Assembly: GCA_030635055.1 (NCBI GenBank)
Contig: DAOVZN010000003.1
Span: forward strand, 4,121 to 68,120
Reading direction: 5' to 3'
Length of the DNA: 64,000 nt
Origin: a bacterium
Lineage (GTDB): Bacteria > Patescibacteriota > Minisyncoccia > Minisyncoccales > JAGLPU01
The first letter of the stretch is position 1, and each line of letters begins with the position of its first letter. This document shows positions 35,920 to 44,499 of this stretch, piece by piece. The notes beneath the pieces are model-generated. The model saw nothing but the letters and a program-made list of their open reading frames with translations. It ran no database searches and was not told the origin of the DNA. The translations under genes and the position numbers were made by a program.

Positions 35920-37146
35920 ATGGAAAACGTATTAACTCTGCTTAAGAAACATCAAGATTGGCGCAAAAACTGCCTGAACTTGATCGCTTCTGAAAACGCA
36001 ATGTCAGACTTTGCCCAAAAGCTATATGTGACTGACTTAATGCATCGCTATGCTGAAGGATTGCCTTTTAAAAGATATTATCAAGGGCTGAAGTATGTTG
36101 ATTTGATTGAAGATGAAGTGAGCAAATCTTTTGCCAGCCATTTTCAGGCAAACTTTGTGGACATCCGTCCTATTTCCGGGACATCGGCCAACTTGGCTGT
36201 TTTCGCGGCTTTAAGCGATAGAGGAGATAAGATCTTAACTCTGGGAATTCAGGGAGGCTCGCATGTATCACATGAAGAACCGGGAGCGGCCGGACTTTTG
36301 GGCTTGCAAGTTTTCCATCTAGCCTTTGACCAGCAAGAGCTGGCTCTTGATTTAAACAAAGTAGAACAGCAAATAATGGAAATAAGGCCCAAGTTTGTGG
36401 TTTTAGGCGGTTCAGTTATTCTATTTCCCCAGCCAGTAAGAGAAATAAAAGAGATGTGCCAAAGAGTGGGAGCCCTCCTTATATACGATGCCGCTCATGT
36501 TTTTGGCTTGATTACAGCCGGCTTTTTCCAAAACCCTTTGGCAGAAGGAGCGGATATCATCACATCTTCCAGCCATAAAACTTTTCCCGGACCGCAAGGA
36601 GGAATAATTTTGGGTAATATTGACGAAGAACTGCAAAAGAAGATCCGTTGGAAAGTTTTTCCCGGGGTATTGTCCAACCACCATCTCCACAGAATTCCCG
36701 CCCTTTATTTAACTTTGTTGGAAATGCAAAAATTCGGCAAAGATTATGTCGCGCAAATTCTAAAAAACGCAAAGAAATTAGCCGAAGAGCTATATGATTA
36801 CGGCTTTGATGTTTTAGGCAAGAGAAAGGGATTTACCGCAAGCCACCAGATAGCAGTTGATGTCAGCAAACAAGGAGGAGGAGACATAGTAGCCAAGGAA
36901 CTGGAAAACGTAAATATTATTCTCAATAAAAACATTCTTCCTTGGGACGGAGCCAATCCAAAAGATCCCAGCGGCATCCGCATTGGAGTGCAAGAAATGA
37001 CACGCTACGGGATGAAAGAAAACGAGATGAAACAAATCGCCAAGCTAATGAAAGAAACGCTATTAGATAAGAAGAATCCTGATAAAATGAGAAAGAAGGC
37101 AACCTGGCTGCGAAGAAACTTCCAAAAAATAAAATACTGTTTTTAA
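35920..37146 (+). CDS. glyA: serine hydroxymethyltransferase
   Basis: Start at ATG 35920. LIASENAMSDFAQ, YYQGLKYVD, SSSHKTFPGPQGG (PLP lysine). Confidence 0.9.
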   Translation: MENVLTLLKKHQDWRKNCLNLIASENAMSDFAQKLYVTDLMHRYAEGLPFKRYYQGLKYVDLIEDEVSKSFASHFQANFVDIRPISGTSANLAVFAALSDRGDKILTLGIQGGSHVSHEEPGAAGLLGLQVFHLAFDQQELALDLNKVEQQIMEIRPKFVVLGGSVILFPQPVREIKEMCQRVGALLIYDAAHVFGLITAGFFQNPLAEGADIITSSSHKTFPGPQGGIILGNIDEELQKKIRWKVFPGVLSNHHLHRIPALYLTLLEMQKFGKDYVAQILKNAKKLAEELYDYGFDVLGKRKGFTASHQIAVDVSKQGGGDIVAKELENVNIILNKNILPWDGANPKDPSGIRIGVQEMTRYGMKENEMKQIAKLMKETLLDKKNPDKMRKKATWLRRNFQKIKYCF

Positions 37147-37174
37147 TTTTTTGCTAATGTGATAGTATTAAATA

Positions 37175-38434
37175 ATGGAAGATAATTTTTATCCGGGAAA
37201 GTTTATAGTGATTGACGGTCTGAACGGTTGCGGGAAAACCACTCAAATTGAATTGTTAAAGAATTTTCTAATAAAAAAAGGGGTAACCGTCACAACGACT
37301 AAGGAACCGACCCTCAACTCTGCGGCCGGAAGGGAAGCCAGAGATATTTTAAGCAAAAAACGCCATACTTCTCCGGGAAAACTGCAAAAGCTTTTTTGTG
37401 AGGACCGCAAAGCTAATTTGGAAAACTTAGTAATCCCGGCTTTAAAAGAAGGAAAAATAGTAATTTCCGACCGCTATTTTTTTTCCACTTTCGCGTTTGG
37501 CGGACTTGATCTAAGCATGGATTGGCTTATAAAATTGAATGATAAATTTTTGTTCCCGGATTTGGTTTTTTTCTTGAAAACAAAACCAAGCGTATGTCTG
37601 AAAAGAATTGACTGCAGGGGAACAAAGAAAAGAATCTTTGAAAAAGAGAAAAAAATGGAAAAAGTTTGGCAAAATTATGCTATCTTGACCAATAGGTTTA
37701 AAAATATCTATATTATAAACGGAGAACAGTCAATAAAAAAAATCTCCACGGAAATAATTAAAATTATAAATAAAAAAATTATGAATATCGCCACAATTAT
37801 AGACCACACTAATATAGAACCGAAGGCCACTGCCAAAGATATCAAAAAAACCTGCGATGAGGCAAAAAAACATAGTTTTCGCAGCGTTTGTATTAATCCT
37901 CAATGGGTAAAAACAGCAAAGAAAGAACTGAGAGAAACTGATGTTAAGATCGTAGTTTTGATTGATCCTCCCATGGGATTAAGCTCTTCCGGTGAAAGAA
38001 TAAGGGCTTGCAAAAAAGCTAAGAATGACGGGGCGAGTGAATTGGATATTGTAATGAATATTATTGATTTAAAATACGAAAGATACAGCAAGGTTTTAAA
38101 AGACTTAAAACAAATTTGCAAAATTCTTCCCACTAAAGTAATAATTGGCAGCGGGTTTTTAACTGATAATGAAATTAAAAAAGCTTCTGAGCTTGTCAAA
38201 GCTGCCAAGGCAATCTGCGTTAAGACCGCTACTGTCAAAGATCCTTTGGAACATCGGCAATTGGAAGAAAAAGCCTATCATTTAAAACTAATGAAGAAAT
38301 CAGCTCCGGGACTTTTAATTAAAGCTTCAGGAAAAGTTAAAACTTTAGATGATGTAAAAATGATGGTCAAAGCCGGAGCCAATATTATCGGAACAAGTTC
38401 CGGAGTAGAAATTATCAAAGAAATAAAAAAATAA
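37175..38434 (+). CDS. thymidylate kinase fused to deoxyribose-phosphate aldolase-like domain
   Basis: N-terminal half FIVIDGLNGCGKTTQ...ISDRYFFSTFAFGG is Tmk. From about residue 203, IIDHTNIEPKATAKDIKKTCDEAKKHSFRSVCINPQWV...GASELDIVMNI...CVKTAT...IKASGKVKT...GTSSG follows the DeoC layout. There is no stop between the halves. Confidence 0.75.
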   Translation: MEDNFYPGKFIVIDGLNGCGKTTQIELLKNFLIKKGVTVTTTKEPTLNSAAGREARDILSKKRHTSPGKLQKLFCEDRKANLENLVIPALKEGKIVISDRYFFSTFAFGGLDLSMDWLIKLNDKFLFPDLVFFLKTKPSVCLKRIDCRGTKKRIFEKEKKMEKVWQNYAILTNRFKNIYIINGEQSIKKISTEIIKIINKKIMNIATIIDHTNIEPKATAKDIKKTCDEAKKHSFRSVCINPQWVKTAKKELRETDVKIVVLIDPPMGLSSSGERIRACKKAKNDGASELDIVMNIIDLKYERYSKVLKDLKQICKILPTKVIIGSGFLTDNEIKKASELVKAAKAICVKTATVKDPLEHRQLEEKAYHLKLMKKSAPGLLIKASGKVKTLDDVKMMVKAGANIIGTSSGVEIIKEIKK

Positions 38435-38438
38435 CACT

Positions 38439-39956
38439 ATGTTCTATAAACCGACAATTGGCCTGGAAATACATGTTGAGTTGAAAACAAAAAGCAAGAT
38501 GTTTTGTTCTTGCCCGAATAATTTTGAAGAACAGCAGCCGAATATCAATGTTTGCCCAATTTGCTTGGGCCATCCCGGAACTCTGCCGGTAATAAACAAA
38601 GAAGCTATTCATAAACTGTTAAAAATAGGATTGGCATTACATTGCCATGTTCCAAAACATTCTAAATTTGACAGAAAACACTATTTTTATCCAGACCTTC
38701 CCAAAGGATACCAAATATCGCAATACGATCTGCCCTTATGCAAAAATGGCTATTTGGAAATCTTCGGCAAAAAAGAAAACGACCCGAAAAGACATCTGGA
38801 AAAGAAAGTCAGAATAAATAGAGTCCATATGGAAGAAGACACCGGCCGGCTGATCCACAGCAAGGGAACAGATTATTCTTTGGTTGATTGCAACCGCGCC
38901 GGAATTCCTTTAATGGAATTAGTCACTGAGCCGGATATAGATACTGCCAAGCAAGCGCAAAAATTCGCCAAAGAATTACAGCTTATTTTAAGATACCTTG
39001 ATATTTCCAGCGCGGACATGGAAAAAGGACAGATGAGAGTTGAAGTGAATATTAGCCTAAGCGAGGAGGGCAAACCATTGGGAACCAAGGTGGAAGTTAA
39101 AAATCTAAATTCATTTAAAGCTGTTGAAGGAGCGATAGCCTACGAAATCAAAAGACAAACAAATGTTTTAGAAGCGGGGGAGAAAGTAATTCAAGAAACC
39201 CGCGGCTGGGTAGACGATAAAAAAATAACAGTTTCCCAACGGATAAAGGAAGAAAGCCATGACTACCGGTATTTTCCTGAACCTGATCTGCCAGCGCTGC
39301 ATTTTACCAAAGAGGAAATAGACAATATCCGCAACGAAATTTCCGAACTCCCACAGGAAAAACACCGTCGGTTTCTCCTTGAATATGACTTAGGGAACAA
39401 AGAAGCAGAGATCTTTGTGACTAATAGAGAACTGGGAAATTACTTTGAAAAAACCATGTCGGAACTGCTCAATTGGATAAACCTGGAAGAAATGAAAGCA
39501 AAGATTGATACCGAAGACAAACTAAAGCTGGCCAAGCTTTGTTCAAATTATATGCTTAGCGATTTGCAAAATTTAATTAAAAATTCTTCTCTTAGCGCCG
39601 ATAAACTGCTTATCACTCCGGAAAATTTCGCAGAATTTACCATTCTCATTTACGAAGGAAAAATTTCCAGCAAAATAGCCAAGGTCTTGCTGCAGGAAAT
39701 GTTTAAAACCGGAGCTGACCCTTCCCATATAATCAAAGAAAAAGAATTGATTCAAGTAACCGATGAGTCTGAGATAGAAAAAATAATCCAAGCTGTTATA
39801 GCCAAAAATCCTAAGCCGGTGGCTGATTTTCAAGCAGGAAAGGAAAACGCTCTGAAATTTTTAACAGGACAAGTAATGGCGCAATCAAAAGGCAAAGCCG
39901 CGCCTGATATTGTCGCGAAAATACTAAAACAAACTCTGGAAAAAAACAGCGACTAG
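38439..39956 (+). CDS. gatB: Asp/Glu-tRNA amidotransferase subunit B
   Basis: IGLEIHVELKTKSKMFCSCPN...CPICLGHPGTLP...MEEDTGRL...MRVEVNIS. GatB/YqeY tail. Confidence 0.94.
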   Translation: MFYKPTIGLEIHVELKTKSKMFCSCPNNFEEQQPNINVCPICLGHPGTLPVINKEAIHKLLKIGLALHCHVPKHSKFDRKHYFYPDLPKGYQISQYDLPLCKNGYLEIFGKKENDPKRHLEKKVRINRVHMEEDTGRLIHSKGTDYSLVDCNRAGIPLMELVTEPDIDTAKQAQKFAKELQLILRYLDISSADMEKGQMRVEVNISLSEEGKPLGTKVEVKNLNSFKAVEGAIAYEIKRQTNVLEAGEKVIQETRGWVDDKKITVSQRIKEESHDYRYFPEPDLPALHFTKEEIDNIRNEISELPQEKHRRFLLEYDLGNKEAEIFVTNRELGNYFEKTMSELLNWINLEEMKAKIDTEDKLKLAKLCSNYMLSDLQNLIKNSSLSADKLLITPENFAEFTILIYEGKISSKIAKVLLQEMFKTGADPSHIIKEKELIQVTDESEIEKIIQAVIAKNPKPVADFQAGKENALKFLTGQVMAQSKGKAAPDIVAKILKQTLEKNSD

Positions 39957-40043
39957 CCGCTTCTTGAATTGCGGTTCTAACCCCAGTAGTAGAAACTTTG
40001 TTTCACTACGGGGCAGGTGTTGGGTACGGTCCGGAACCAAATT

Positions 40044-40070
40044 AACCCAAAATCTCTTTCTTGGGTTTTT
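40044..40070 (+). terminator. intrinsic terminator after gatB
   Basis: AACCCAA-N10-TTGGGTT followed by TTT. Confidence 0.7.
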
Positions 40071-40121
40071 ATCTCCTTCACTTGTTATTAAAGTCATTTT
40101 AATATTTACTATTCCGATATA

Positions 40122-40146
40122 ATCTGATATAGTTAATATATCAGAT
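40122..40146 (+). promoter_or_regulatory. perfect palindrome (candidate operator) overlapping the fic promoter
   Basis: ATCTGATATA-GTTAA-TATATCAGAT. It starts inside a TATAAT (40118-40123) and ends 6 nt before the fic ATG. Confidence 0.55.
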
Positions 40147-40152
40147 AAGAAT

Positions 40153-41217
40153 ATGAGTAAAAATAAGAAATTTGACCAGAGATTACAAGATGCTCCTGAT
40201 AAAATTTGGTCTATCATAACACAAATAGACAGATTACAGGGTCAATGGATTGCTGGGGCAAAATTAAGTCCCCAAGTTTTAGGTCGTCTCAAACGATCTG
40301 TTTTGGTTACTTCTACAGGCGCCTCTACTCGTATTGAGGGCGCTCGGCTTTCGGATGAAGATATTGAGAAAATGATGAGGGGGATTGATATTCAGAGATT
40401 TACTAATAGAGATAAACAAGAGGTTAAAGGATATTATGAGTTGCTCGAGAATGTATTTAATTCTTGGAAAACGATTAGTTTTAATGAAGGCGTTATTAAA
40501 CATTTTCATCAAGAGCTTCTTAAATATGTTGAAAAAGATAAAGAACATAGAGGTGAGTATAAAAGGCGGGAGAATAAAGTAAATATGATTGACGCAGCCG
40601 GCAATTCAGTCGGAGTGCTTTTTGATACTACGTCGTCTTACTTAACTCCCAAAGAAATGCAGGAATTAATTGAATGGACTCAAGAAGCGCTAAAAGAGAA
40701 AAGATTCCATCCCTTGCTTATTGTCGGTAATTTTTTAGTTGAATTTTTGAACATTCATCCATTTCAAGATGGCAACGGCCGACTTAGTCGTGTTTTAACT
40801 AATTTATTGCTTTTAAAAGAAAGTTATGAGTATATGCCTTATATATCTCATGAAAAATTAGTTGAGGATAATAAACCAGAATATTATGTTGCGCTTCGCA
40901 GAAGCCAAAAAACTATCAAGACCAATAAGGAAAATATCACCCCTTGGCTTGAATTCTTTTTAGTGATGTTCTTAGAACAGTCAAAGATGGCCGTTCAATT
41001 GTTGTCTAAAGAAAACATAGAAAAACTTTTAACTCCAAAACAAATGGCTGTTTGGCAGTATTTGCAAGAAATTAACGAAGCGGCCACCCCTATGGAAATT
41101 GCTAAAAAGACAAAAGTTGCTCAACCAACCGTTAGGCAATCACTTGATAAGCTGATGCGTCTTAAAAAAATTGAACGCGTCGGTCAGGGTCGAAGTACTA
41201 GTTATAGAAAACTATAA
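40153..41217 (+). CDS. Fic-family protein with N-terminal inhibitory motif and C-terminal winged HTH
   Basis: Fic motif HPFQDGNGRLSR. (S/T)xxxE(G/N) inhibitory motif in STRIEG. C-terminal PMEIAKKTKVAQPTVRQSLDKLMRLKKIERVGQGRSTSY. Confidence 0.88.
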   Translation: MSKNKKFDQRLQDAPDKIWSIITQIDRLQGQWIAGAKLSPQVLGRLKRSVLVTSTGASTRIEGARLSDEDIEKMMRGIDIQRFTNRDKQEVKGYYELLENVFNSWKTISFNEGVIKHFHQELLKYVEKDKEHRGEYKRRENKVNMIDAAGNSVGVLFDTTSSYLTPKEMQELIEWTQEALKEKRFHPLLIVGNFLVEFLNIHPFQDGNGRLSRVLTNLLLLKESYEYMPYISHEKLVEDNKPEYYVALRRSQKTIKTNKENITPWLEFFLVMFLEQSKMAVQLLSKENIEKLLTPKQMAVWQYLQEINEAATPMEIAKKTKVAQPTVRQSLDKLMRLKKIERVGQGRSTSYRKL

Positions 41218-41320
41218 AAATGGATCGGCTTCTTTTTATTTCAATTCTGGTATGTAAATATGCCCATCTATTTCCATAATCTTAGTTCTAACGTCGTCCA
41301 CGGCGCGGAGCCAAGCAGCG

Positions 41321-41345
41321 AAAACAGCGCCTAGGCGCTGTTTTT
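41321..41345. terminator. bidirectional terminator
   Basis: AAAA-CAGCGCCTAGGCGCTG-TTTTT. Perfect 16-nt palindrome. The coaW stop lies in it. Confidence 0.75.
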
Positions 41346-42134
41346 AATTTGCCAAAATTGTTTCGCCGCTCCAACAGCAGAAGCATATTCTGCTCGGAGG
41401 GGAATTATTGCTTTTCCGCCCCACATTCTGACTGTCTCTTGAAGCCTCTTTTTTATTACTTTGTTTTGAGCCACCTTGCCGCAGAAAACAATATCTTGTT
41501 CCAGCCCATGGTTTTTAGCGATAAAAAAAGCTAAAGTGGCTATTGATTCAGATAACATATTAAACAACCCGGCCGCCAAATCTTTTGTATTGCTTGAGGC
41601 TAGCTTGCCAAGATTACTGGCCGTAGCATTAGCGGGAATACTGCCAATACCGGAACCCACTATGTCTTTCACTGTCAAATCAACTTTTTCCCTGCTTCCT
41701 GTTTGAGCCAGCTTTTCCAGCTTATCAAGCTCTCTGTCTTTAAAAATCAACTGGCTAAAGCCTCCTAAAGTTCCTCCTCCCATGCCTGTTCCGCCCAAAT
41801 GGACCACTTCATTTTTATTAACAGCGACAATTGCCGTTCCTGTTCCGATATTAACAATTAATACTTTTTTCTTGCCGGTCAAAAGTGTTCCGCCAATGCC
41901 TATTGATTCTATTTCACTTATAATTTTTGTTTCTGCTTTTTCAAATAATTTTTCTATCTTTTTTGCCTCTCCGCCGGTAATGGCTATTGGATAGGAAGCA
42001 AATTCCAAAACCCTTTTTTTAATTAGTTCAAACGCCTTAGAATTCTTTTCCGAAATCAAATACTTAGTCTTTTCAGGAGAGTATAAGACTACTTGGGTAT
42101 TGGTTCCTCCGCCGTCTATGCCTATTATTTTCAT
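41331..42134 (-). CDS. coaW: type II pantothenate kinase (Staphylococcus CoaA/CoaW-like)
   Basis: 267 aa. MKIIGIDGGGT, IVNIGTGTAIVAV, GGTGMGGGTLGGFSQLI, DLTVKDIVG...ANATASNLG. Mirrors my recollection of the S. aureus enzyme. Confidence 0.7.
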   Translation of the reverse strand: MKIIGIDGGGTNTQVVLYSPEKTKYLISEKNSKAFELIKKRVLEFASYPIAITGGEAKKIEKLFEKAETKIISEIESIGIGGTLLTGKKKVLIVNIGTGTAIVAVNKNEVVHLGGTGMGGGTLGGFSQLIFKDRELDKLEKLAQTGSREKVDLTVKDIVGSGIGSIPANATASNLGKLASSNTKDLAAGLFNMLSESIATLAFFIAKNHGLEQDIVFCGKVAQNKVIKKRLQETVRMWGGKAIIPLRAEYASAVGAAKQFWQIKNSA

Positions 42135-43870
42135 ATTTCCTGTTTGCTGCTAGCTAATCTCAGATGGATTGCCACCAGCAAAAGCAAGACAAAAGCAATC
42201 CCTAAATATATGGCCGCGTTCATGCCAGCCACATAAAAAGCAGCTAAACTAAAACCGGCTATGCCTTCTCCGCCGATAATTCCGGCAGCTACAAGCATTA
42301 CGGAATAGCAAAGAGTGGAAAATTTTCTGTCAACAAAGTATTTTATTATTCCGCCAACAGCTAAAAGTAATCCCAAGGTTAATCCTAAAAACATGCCTAT
42401 GCCGGCAACCATTGGCAAAATAAACATTGCTTTTTTAAATATCTTTTGTCCAACTACTACTAAAAAAGCGATTGCCAATCCCAGAAAAAATGCTTGGGGA
42501 TAGGCAAATCCGAAAATAGAATTAGCCACCAGTTGAGCTTGAGGGGCCGGCATTAGCTCGGTGAACATAACGCTGCCATAACCTTTCTGGATTATCTCTA
42601 AAACAAAAGGGCCGGCAATACCGGCACAAACAACGGCTATTAAATCAACTTTTATTATATCTTTTGCTTTAGTGCCAATAATTTTAGCCGACTTATAGTC
42701 ATGTCCAATATCGCCGGCCAAGGCGCAGGCAATGGAAACAAAACAAACGATTATAAAAGCCGGGAGATAGTCTAATTCCAAACGCAGTAAGGCATAAAGG
42801 CCTAAGACAGCCAGGCCGACTATTATACCAAATTGCTCTAAGGGATCTATGTCAGTCTCTCCGGTCATCCGCGCCGCGACTGTCGCCATAATCCAGACTC
42901 CGAATATTGTTAAAACAGCTGCGAAAAGAGGAACGCCGACAGCATAAAGAATTAATAAAGCAAAGAGGCTGGCCGGAATGGTAAATCTTGTATACCAAGC
43001 TCCTCGAAAATCAAATAAAGGAGAAAAAAGCTTTTTGGCTTTGGGAATAATCGTGGCGATGAAAAAACCAATACCTGACCCCAAAACCATGCCCATTCCC
43101 AAATTTTGCACTAAGCTGGTGGCATTAGCCCGTTCCCATCCGGAATTTATTAAATAAGGAATAATCAATACCCAGCCCACAACCGCTCCCAGAAACCAAT
43201 TAAAGCTGGCTCTCTTGCCAAGAATATAGCCAATTCCTATTGCCAAGGGCATGGGGTATAACAGTAATGTCAATCCGGTTGCAGAGAAAAGTATCCAGCC
43301 GCCCGGAAAATACATTTCTCTGAGAATAACGAATAAGCCGGTTAACAAAAGAGCAATCACTATTATAAAAGCGTTTCTGCCACCGAAAACCTCCGCTTTC
43401 ACCACTTCCGCTCCGGCAGCGCCGGAAGGATAGGGCAAGTTTTCTTCATCCACCAACACTCTTTTAATGGGAACTGAAAGCAGTATTCCTAAAATTCCCG
43501 CGGCCAAACAAACCAATATTAAAGAAAATACATCTATGCTGGAAACATCAATGCCTTTTTGCTGAAGATAGAGAATACCAGGAATAGTAAAAGTAATGCC
43601 TGCGGCCATTAGGCCTCCGATAGTGCCTCCTGCCTGAGCAACATTTATTTCATGAACATTCGTTTTTTTCCCAATCCGACCAACAAAATTTAAAACGGCT
43701 CCGGCAATAATAGCTGAAAAAATAATCGGCCCGGGCAAAGCGCCTAATTTTAAAGTGATATATGAAGATGTAACCAGTAAAAACAGAGTTAAGGATATGG
43801 CAACAACTACCGCCCTTAAAGAAAAACCAGTTTCTCCGACTTCTTCTAAATTATTGGTTGTATTATTCAT
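42131..43870 (-). CDS. OPT-family oligopeptide transporter
   Basis: 579 aa with about 15-16 TM segments. N-terminus GFSLRAVVVAISLTLFLLVTSSYITLKLG matches the OPT opening (FTLRA...Y..LK.G). 4-nt stop/start overlap with coaW. Confidence 0.65.
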   Translation of the reverse strand: MNNTTNNLEEVGETGFSLRAVVVAISLTLFLLVTSSYITLKLGALPGPIIFSAIIAGAVLNFVGRIGKKTNVHEINVAQAGGTIGGLMAAGITFTIPGILYLQQKGIDVSSIDVFSLILVCLAAGILGILLSVPIKRVLVDEENLPYPSGAAGAEVVKAEVFGGRNAFIIVIALLLTGLFVILREMYFPGGWILFSATGLTLLLYPMPLAIGIGYILGKRASFNWFLGAVVGWVLIIPYLINSGWERANATSLVQNLGMGMVLGSGIGFFIATIIPKAKKLFSPLFDFRGAWYTRFTIPASLFALLILYAVGVPLFAAVLTIFGVWIMATVAARMTGETDIDPLEQFGIIVGLAVLGLYALLRLELDYLPAFIIVCFVSIACALAGDIGHDYKSAKIIGTKAKDIIKVDLIAVVCAGIAGPFVLEIIQKGYGSVMFTELMPAPQAQLVANSIFGFAYPQAFFLGLAIAFLVVVGQKIFKKAMFILPMVAGIGMFLGLTLGLLLAVGGIIKYFVDRKFSTLCYSVMLVAAGIIGGEGIAGFSLAAFYVAGMNAAIYLGIAFVLLLLVAIHLRLASSKQEI

Positions 43871-43953
43871 ATTTATTTGATATTAATTATAATCACGGTT
43901 ATAATTATAGCATAGCCATTTAAAAATTAAATAAAGAAAAGGAGGATGAGAGG

Positions 43954-44490
43954 ATGGGTTTAGAAATAAAAGCTTTGTTCCAAATCGTTAAAGGATTTCT
44001 TTTCGGGAAAAAAGAAAAGACGCCATTGGAAAAAGTAGTTAAAAAACCGCCAGTTGGCGGAAAAAGAAAGAAAAAACAAACGCAGCCGGAGATAAGAGAA
44101 AGAGAAACTTTACCGCCTATCAAGCCGATGTCAGGACGAGCATTTCTTAAACAAATGAATGCTCCTCCGGCAAAAGAAAAAAGGAGAAACAGATGTAGCG
44201 TAGAAGAAATTGCAATTTCAGAAAAAAAAGAAGACAGAAAGAGAAATAGCAGACTTACTTCAATGAAGAAAAATGCCAAAATTTTTTCGGCTTTAGCTAA
44301 AAATGGAATTGCAAGAGTTGATAGAAACACGCATCTAGGACCTCTTCGAGGAAAACACATACCCAGGGTTATTGTTAGGGAGCTTAAAAGAATGGGAATA
44401 AATGGAGCAAGAGCTAATATAAATAACCTTGAAGTAACTATTTCTCCGGCAGAACAGAAACAACTCCAAGAAATACAAAGGTCCCTTTAG
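43954..44490 (+). CDS. hypothetical highly basic protein
   Basis: 178 aa behind AAAGGAGGA. K/R-rich (KKPPVGGKRKKKQTQPEIRERE). Followed by the hairpin GGTCCCTTTAGGACC plus T-run. Confidence 0.55.
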   Translation: MGLEIKALFQIVKGFLFGKKEKTPLEKVVKKPPVGGKRKKKQTQPEIRERETLPPIKPMSGRAFLKQMNAPPAKEKRRNRCSVEEIAISEKKEDRKRNSRLTSMKKNAKIFSALAKNGIARVDRNTHLGPLRGKHIPRVIVRELKRMGINGARANINNLEVTISPAEQKQLQEIQRSL

Positions 44491-44499
44491 GACCTTTTT

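Noticed and set aside
19153-39956. Separation of gatCA (19 kb) from gatB (38 kb) as something unusual.
   Set aside because: Split gatCAB arrangements are common in bacteria, and there is no further signal.
41218-41330. G+C-rich spacer after fic, with an 11-codon minus-strand ORF remnant (MEIDGHIFTYQN).
   Set aside because: Too short, and there is no SD or motif. It may be a gene remnant, but nothing supports a call.
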